Origin: Podarcis bocagei | Lineage: Eukaryota | Strand: one strand, 5' to 3' | Assembly: GCA_964188305.1 (NCBI GenBank) | Contig: OZ076888.1 | Length of the DNA: 64,000 nt | Shown here: positions 56,779 to 64,000 of the stretch, one piece after another | How positions within the stretch are numbered: position 1 is the stretch's first letter | How the letters are laid out: each line of letters begins with the position of its first letter | Notes under the pieces: generated by a model | Told to the model about the DNA's origin: nothing | Database searches by the model: none | What the model saw: only the letters and a program-made list of their open reading frames with translations | Program-made: the position numbers and the translations under genes

Positions 56779-58394
56779 CTTAGGCATATCTAAATTGATA
56801 AGGAGCAAGGTGCTGGTAATAATAATAAAAAAGTATTAAAATATGTGCAGTTGCTATTAGTGGAAAAGCAAGTACATTTGTGTGGGAAGAGGACATAGGT
56901 ATAAGAGTGGGGCTGAGGGGGTGCAGGGCCCCCAAAATGTTGAGGTACAGTGAGGGAAAACCCTTTCACGCTTCACTGACAGTACAAGATAAGTGTTGAG
57001 AAACGGCACTGGATGATGAAGTTTCATGGGTCAGTTGGCACATTCATGCTCTTGAAATAGTGCAATGGGTGGCAGTGACAAGATGGCTGCTGTGAAGGCC
57101 TGGCACAACACCACATTTGCTTGCAGAGAAGCTTTCAGCTGCACCCAGTGAAAAATTAGCAAGTTTAAAGGGGTGGTTCAGTGTGGGTGAGGCCAAGCCA
57201 ATGCCGACAGGAACTGAGCAGGAAGCACAGGTTCCTAGCTTTGTGGGCTTGTTGAGGGCATTTTCTGCTGAGAACTTTTATGGGTGCCACAGAAGTTACT
57301 GGTGCTCCCTGGCCTACACTTTTTTGAAGGAAGCTTGGTAGCTGAGGAGAAGGGTGTCAAAGTATGTAGGGGGGAAGAGAGAGCAGGGAAAGCCCAGGAA
57401 CTTCTGAGATGAAGAGTTGTGTACTGCAGAGGGATGGGGAATTTAGAGTTTGAGGGATGGAGACCTATAATTGGGAGACAAATGGGAACAGAATGCCATG
57501 ACAGGAAAGGATTTGTTTGTGGGGAGGTGAAGGCGGTCAAAAAGACTATGAAGTCTTCTCCCCACCTCCTACCCCATATATACTGACTCAAGATAACCAA
57601 TAACATATTTGAGCAGAAGACAGTATGTTTTAAATTTTAATGCTGCTTCACAGCACTCTATTGATTTTCTTAAGTGACCTTCATGAGGGTTTTCAAATTC
57701 TGAAAGTGCACATTTGTTTGCTATTTATAAGCAGGTGCATTTGTAGTTTAACAATGGAAATACTTACAGAATGTCAAGACCCATTCACCCAAAGCTGCTG
57801 AACTTCAGCAAGATAAAACATTTCCCTTAATATGCATGACATAATAATATTACTTCTGATAGTTTTCCTGGAAGAAATTCAATATTTTGGGTTGGCTCAA
57901 TTTTTCACTTATTCATTAATTTCTCAGTCATCACCAGCCATTTTTTTATACATATAAACAAAATAAGAAATAAATGTGCCTGCCACATCAAGCCAAAACA
58001 CATGCTTACATTTTTATTGGAATTTAAATGTCAGCGTTGAACTTTAGTTGAATCCTGGAATATAAAGGAGGCACTAGTTTGCTTCATATTAAATATAAAT
58101 ATTTCCAGCTGCTGAGAATGGAAAGCACAGCAGATAGGCATCTTAACAGCTGTTATGCAGGGTCCAACTGAAACATGTGCATCGCTCTACTTCAGGGGTG
58201 GGGACCCTCTTAGTCATGGGCCAGTCCTGGCCTGATCGGGGGTCAAATGTGGCCTGCAAGGACATTTTCAAAAATCCATGTCCACCTGCCAATCAGCTGA
58301 TGCCATTCCAATGTCAGCTGGTGAGTGGCAGGTCAGGTTTGATTCTGCTTTGACTGGACATGCTAGTTCCCCCGCTGGGAACTGGCAAGCACAG

Positions 58395-58684
58395 GTCAGC
58401 GGTTCGAATCCCTGTGATGGGATGAGCTCCCGTTGCTCGGTCCCTGCTGCCAACCTAGCAGTTCGAAAGCATGTCAAAGTGCAAGTAGATAAATAGGTAT
58501 CGCTCTGGTGGGAAGGTAAACGGCGTTCCCGTGCGCTGCTCTGATTCTCCAGAAGCAGCTTAGTCATGCTGGCCACATGACCCGGAAGCTGTACGCCAGC
58601 TCCCTCGGCCAGTAAAGCGAGATGAGCGCAACAACCCCAGAGTCTGTGATGGGACCTAACAGTCAAGGGTCCCTTTACCTTTAC
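58395..58684 (+). mobile_element. Sauria SINE, 5'-truncated
   Basis: ggttcgaatccc B-box through to a ctttacctttacc tail. Confidence 0.85.
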
Positions 58685-58883
58685 CATCAGTGACTGACCG
58701 TTTGAATCTTGCTCACTTGGGAACAGGTGTGCACAGCCGAAGCTGTACAGGGCTATTTGAAAGCCCTTTTGCAAACAACCTCACACTGTCCTATGAACCT
58801 GTGGTTTTTGGAGGTCTAAAGAACTGTAGGGCTGCCTGCACATGGCTTTCAAGCAGCCCGTGCTGTGCTTTGAAGCTGTAGGA

Positions 58884-59019
58884 CGGGCACCCCCAAACTC
58901 AGCCCTCCAGATGTTTTGGGACTACAACTCCCATCATCCCTGACCACTGGTCCTGATAGCTAGGGAAGATGGGAGTTGTAGTCCCAAAACACCTGGAGGG
59001 CCGAGTTTGGGGGTGCCTG
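58884..59019. mobile_element. Palindromic hAT MITE
   Basis: cgggcacccccaaactc...gagtttgggggtgcctg; TSD ctgtagga/ctatagga. Confidence 0.85.
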
Positions 59020-61139
59020 CTATAGGATGTAGCAAGGGCTTCAAAGTGCAGCCTCACCTGCATTATGTCAGGTAGTTGACAGGTGATCAGGCCCTCCCAC
59101 CTGTCAAATAGGGCCCAGCAGAGGGATGGGAAAATGAAGAACAGGCACATTGTCCAGATAAAGTTTCCCATCCCAATCTACTCATACATTGCCTTTCATG
59201 CAGTGAGCTATGCTCACTTCAGCTGGAGACAGACAAGAACTGGAGGAGCTATATGAACTTCCATTTGCTTGTGGTGCCTGCTAGGGTTGAGTAACCAGTG
59301 GTCCTTCACATGTTAGACTCGCAACTCCCATCAGACCCAGCCAACATGGCCAATGAACAAGGAACAACTGAAAGGCCATCCTTGTGGGTGCCAGTGACTA
59401 TCGCTATCTTTAGGTGATTTCTGAAGACACCCCTTTACCCTGGCTTTTGACACTTGAGGTGTATCTCTTTAGGCTCCACCTTATTTCCGGAATTGTAAGT
59501 TGTTTTAAACATTGTGTTTTAGTTGTTCTAACCTGCCCTGGGACCTTAGGGTGATTAAGAATAGCGAAAACACAACAGGACATGCACATTTCTGGTTGTA
59601 GGGCTGGTGAGTCTACTTCCCCTGCAAAGGTTAGAAACCTACTCTACCTCCCATTATGGGATCTCTGTTGGGGGAAAAAACAACAGTGGAGAATCTATTC
59701 CTTTCTGAGAAATATACACACCGGAATAACCCCAGGTAATGAGTAATCCCAGAAACTGTAGAAGTGTATCTCTGGCCTTGACAAGAGATGAATGGAGCAG
59801 CAGTTGGACTTCACGAGTGGTGTGAAAATCCAGGGGTTCCTGGCGCTTATCCAGGATTGTGTCTTTAAGAAATGTGGTTTATCAACACTTATTTACACCT
59901 GGAAGTCTTCAATGGAGGGGGCACAGCACATTATATCCCAAGTGTGTCTCTCATTGCCGCTCTCTTGGCTTCAGCAAGCTTGGTTCCAAAGCAGCAGTCC
60001 TGGTCTCTTACCACAGCCTCTTCAAGCCAGAGCCAAGATGGTCTGACCTCCAGTTCATGGGTGACTGGCCTTTTTCTCCTCCTTTCCAGAACACCCTTAG
60101 ATTTCCAAGCGGGACAGATTTCCCTCTTGACATCACTCCCCACTCCCTGTCTCTATTCACACCTCAGAGGGGGAAGAGGAAAGTTATTTGGCATTGCCAA
60201 TGGCCCTTAACGGCACTCCATTAATGGCTCTGGCTGGTTTGCATAGGCTAACCCAGGAATTCCTCTACAGCTTGTATTTTCCCTTCAACATCCCGAATAT
60301 TATCTAGCTTCTGGCATTCGTTAATTTCTTAGGTTTAGTGGAGGGGAGTGTGTCTCCCTTCCCCTCCACATTCATAACACTCTTTCCGGTCCAGGAATTC
60401 CACTTGTAGCAATAGTGTTGATTTCCCCACTCTTTCATTATATGTGAATAACAAGAGTCCTTTGGCTGTGAGCCAGAGAAAAGTTGTTAATAAATAGGTG
60501 ACTAATTTCACTGAGGGTAATATGGGGTAAAGTACAACTGCCTATAACTAGAAATGGTTTCAGGAGGGAGCCTCAAGACTTGAAACATTCTTCCTTATTT
60601 GAATAGCAAGCACAGTCATCGTCCAGTCCCCCCCCCCCCCCCCAATCCTGCTGCTGAAGTTGTTTTAGTGGAATGATTTAGTTTTGGATGGAAGCCAGCG
60701 CCAATTTCCACAAGATCCCATCTAGCTCTCTGCACACGTCTCTGTTTGCTGATCATTCAGTCACCAATTAACACTCCATCTGCACAGACATTTAATACTG
60801 TTGCGCTTTGTGCTGTGTAGCTCACAGAAGACTTCACAGCACGAATGGGTTTGTATTTTAATGGTCAGATACCGTGAACTACTCTAATGATGTGGGGGGG
60901 GGTCTCCTGGATAGGGTTGCCACCTCCAGTTCTGTGGGATCTCACCAGATGAGTTAACCGCTGACATGCTTCCTTGATCCTACTGCAGTGGCAGTAGACC
61001 AGGACCCTTGTGACCAATCCTGTTCCAATTCTTTGTTAATGCAAGAAGTCCTAGATTTGGGCCACAGGTGCCTTCTGTGTACATGCAAATATATGAGACT
61101 TTGATCCTAAGGAAAATGGACTGGAAATGAATCCCGGTC

Positions 61140-61850
61140 AGGGAAACAAAAGACGAGCTTGTCAAAGCCTCTATGACACATTGGGCAATAGATGTAGGAC
61201 ATAATATAGATTTTAATCTCTGGGAAAACTTTGGAGAAGCGATTTGAAGTTTACAGCATGTTATTCTTTGAAGGAGAACTACTTGAAAATGATTTAAAGA
61301 TGGTATTTAACTCTGAGTAGGCTTGCTAAGATGTGTAAGACTGAATCAGATAAGTGCTGGAGATGCAATGAGGTTGAGGGAACGCTCTTTCATATATGGT
61401 GGACCTATAAAAGGGTAAAAGATTATTGGGAAATAATCCATAATGAATTTTTAAAAATGTTTAAAAGTACTTTCCCCCAAAAACCAGTGTCTTTTTTGTT
61501 GGGGATAATTCAGATGGAAATTCCCAGGTGTCAAAAAAGGTTATTTATGTATGCCACTACTGCGGCCTGTGTTTTGTTAGCCCGAAAATGGAAAACAAGC
61601 GAGGTCCCAACTAAAGAAGAATGGCAATTTAAGCTGATGGAATATGCACAGCTTGCGGACCTAACATATAGAATAAGAGAACAAGAAGAACATACGTTTA
61701 AAGACGATTGGAAAATGTTTACTGAATATATGGGGGAAATTGTGTACATTTGAAAACGTTGGAAGCATTAAGATAAATTTGACAGTGTAAATAAGTTCTG
61801 ATTGATGTAATAATGGAATACTGAATGGTTTAGTTTATGTAAAATGTGGC
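61140..61850 (+). mobile_element. L1/Tx1-clade LINE 3' fragment
   Basis: KCWRCNEVEGTLFHIWW...YW...FLLG...LARKWK...PTKEEW, the C-terminal signature of non-mammalian L1. Confidence 0.8.
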
Positions 61851-63638
61851 TTACTTCTGAGTAGACATGCATTGGATAGCACTGTGAATAACCAGTAAAT
61901 GTTCATGGGTAATGCTTTTAGGATGCTTTTAGGAAACTAGAAGCTGCAACACTCTCCGAAATAATGGGCCTCCAAGCCCTATTTCAGGCTTGCACAAAAA
62001 TGAGAATCCCATTTTACAAGCCCAGCTGCCCACAAAAACCAATGCAAGTGGTGCAGAGAGACTGTTTACATCATTGCCATCCCCATCTCACCAGTCTCTT
62101 CATTGGTAGTTTTTTTTTTTTTAATTTAAAAAGGGAGAAGAATATCCTCTTTTTTATGCTGTTGATGTGTTGCAAATAACTTGTTCTATTCTACTTGAAA
62201 TGCTTTATTTGCTAACCTTGCTTGATAACAGGTCAGTAAAGAAGTTAACAAAGAATGAAAGTAAAGAAATAAACATAAAATAGAATCACAATACATACTA
62301 GTGCTTCTCCTCTCCTGCTAACCATTCTCTGTGAGTTCATGAGAAAGGAAATTGGATACAAAAATTATCAAATGGGAGGAAAATATTCAGTGAAATTCTT
62401 ATGTGTGCAGCGCAGCATTTTTTTTGTGGGGAAGCAGGTACCTCTTTCAGGTTGAAATCCACTGAATTTATGTGACTTCCCTATTGAAAGAATAACACCT
62501 TAATTCTCTCTTCTTCTTTTTTTACAACTATTATGGATGTGCAGCCGGGCAAATCTGTTTAAAAAGCAGAACTCGAAACATAAGAGTAGGCTTAAGTAGG
62601 AAAAGGCTTCTGTGACAGGATTTTAATATTGTATTAGTAACAGCAGATTTCCTTTCCAGCCCATTCTAGCTACTGTTTGAGATCCTATGTCCAGGGTTGT
62701 AAGGAAATCCTAGTGACATTTGAGAGAAGCCATTAAATCCTTCAAGCATTGCCCCTTGGCTTCCCCCTGGGGTGGCAGCCAATCGGCAACACAGTCATGC
62801 CCCAGCTTTTGCCAAACTCAGCGGGAGCCGGGAGACTCCTCAAAGCGTTGTTGCTCAGCTTCTCCACCCACGGGTGCAGAAGATGAGCAGCAATGTTGCG
62901 TGCCAGAATGCCAGCAAAAGAAGTTGGAGGGTAGGCAGAGTGCTGCCTCTCGCACTTCCATCGCCTGAGGCAGGTACTCCACATCACCTCATGCATGGGC
63001 TGGCCAGAGAGCCTACATGTGTATTGCTTGTGGGATATGAAACTTATAGCAGTCAAGCACAACATTCCTCCAGTGGACATGTTAGGGGATGTTTTGTACC
63101 ACTCAGGAGAAAACTTCCTGTTTCCTCCTGAGCTGGGACAGACTTCCATTGCATGTGACTTGAAGAGGGTGTGGCCTGTTCTGGCCAGAGGAGCAGATGT
63201 TCCTCCATGTTGTACTGTTCTTCTTCTCCATTTTGTGTTCCTGTGTGTTAGGAGAAGTGACAGCTCAGTTGCAGTCACTTGGGACTAATTCCCTTATGAG
63301 ACAGTTCATGTAGATATATAGTTATGTAATCTAAGCCTGCCTTCAGGGATCTATCTGTGAACCTGAATGAATCTGTGAGTAAACGACTTTTATATTAAGT
63401 TTAATCAGATTCTTGTGTCTATTCTTTTTAAGAGGGATTAGAAGGGATCTTTTTTAAAATATTTTTAAAATGATATTTATTGAGAATTTAAAATTACAGA
63501 GAAAAAAGGAAAAGGAAAAAAGATAGACAAAAAAAAAGGAATTAAACAATTCAAGTCAATAAAAACAAAAAAAAAGAAAAAACAAAACACACAATACATC
63601 AAAACCAAAACCAAACAAAAAAATTAAAAACAAATATT

Positions 63639-63796
63639 AGCCTGGATAGCTCAGTGGGTTAGACCATGGTGCTGATAACACTCAAGGTTGCAGGTTCAAT
63701 CCCTGTATGGGCCGGCTGCATATTCCTGCATTGCAGGGGGTTGGACTAGATGATCCCGAGGGTCCCTTCCAACTCTACAGTTCTGTGATTCTGTGA
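63639..63796 (+). mobile_element. tRNA-head SINE with CR1-derived tail
   Basis: tagctcagtgggttag A-box and ggttcaatccc B-box, then attcctgcattgcagggggttggactagatg...ttctgtgattctgtga, same type as the CR1 ends at 24190 and 37940. Confidence 0.8.
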
Positions 63797-64000
63797 AATC
63801 CAGTATTCCCAAATCTTTATCTTTCGTTAACTTGTTTCATCGACCTCCTCACACCTCCCTTTTTTGTATTCTAGTTATTAATTATCTCAGCAAATCCTTT
63901 CCATCTTTCACTATATTCTGTCATTAAATTACCTTAATTTATTTTAACCTTATCTTACCATAAAAAGCCCTAAAGCTTAAAACTTAAAACTTATTTATAC

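Noticed and set aside
62720-63288. Overlapping 80-180 aa ORFs as a downstream gene
   Set aside because: No homology recognised, no splice structure, and repeat-like context.

Overview
Vertebrate genomic DNA, most likely a squamate. Sauria-type SINEs plus BovB-like, L2, CR1 and Penelope repeats suggest a lacertid lizard (inference). The window holds one complete protein-coding gene, GOLIM4 (Golgi integral membrane protein 4 / GPP130), on the + strand. It has 16 coding exons with GT-AG introns, from ATG 364 to TGA 51641 (2130 nt CDS, 709 aa), and a probable long 3'UTR reaching an AATAAA at 55649. Introns and flanks are dense with transposons: a young 5'-truncated Rex1/Babar LINE with an uninterrupted RT frame and TSD, L2/CR1/L1/BovB fragments, several SINE families, Tc1/mariner and hAT MITEs, and a probable Helitron. 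The most striking feature lies about 0.7 kb after the stop codon. It is a 312-bp Penelope-like insertion with a 13-bp TSD, forming a ~128-bp near-perfect hairpin that carries a minimal type-I hammerhead ribozyme motif on each strand. There is also a cluster of three RBFOX motifs just downstream of the 84-nt exon 7. Most ORF-track entries are spurious or TE-derived. There is a 139-N assembly gap in intron 9.
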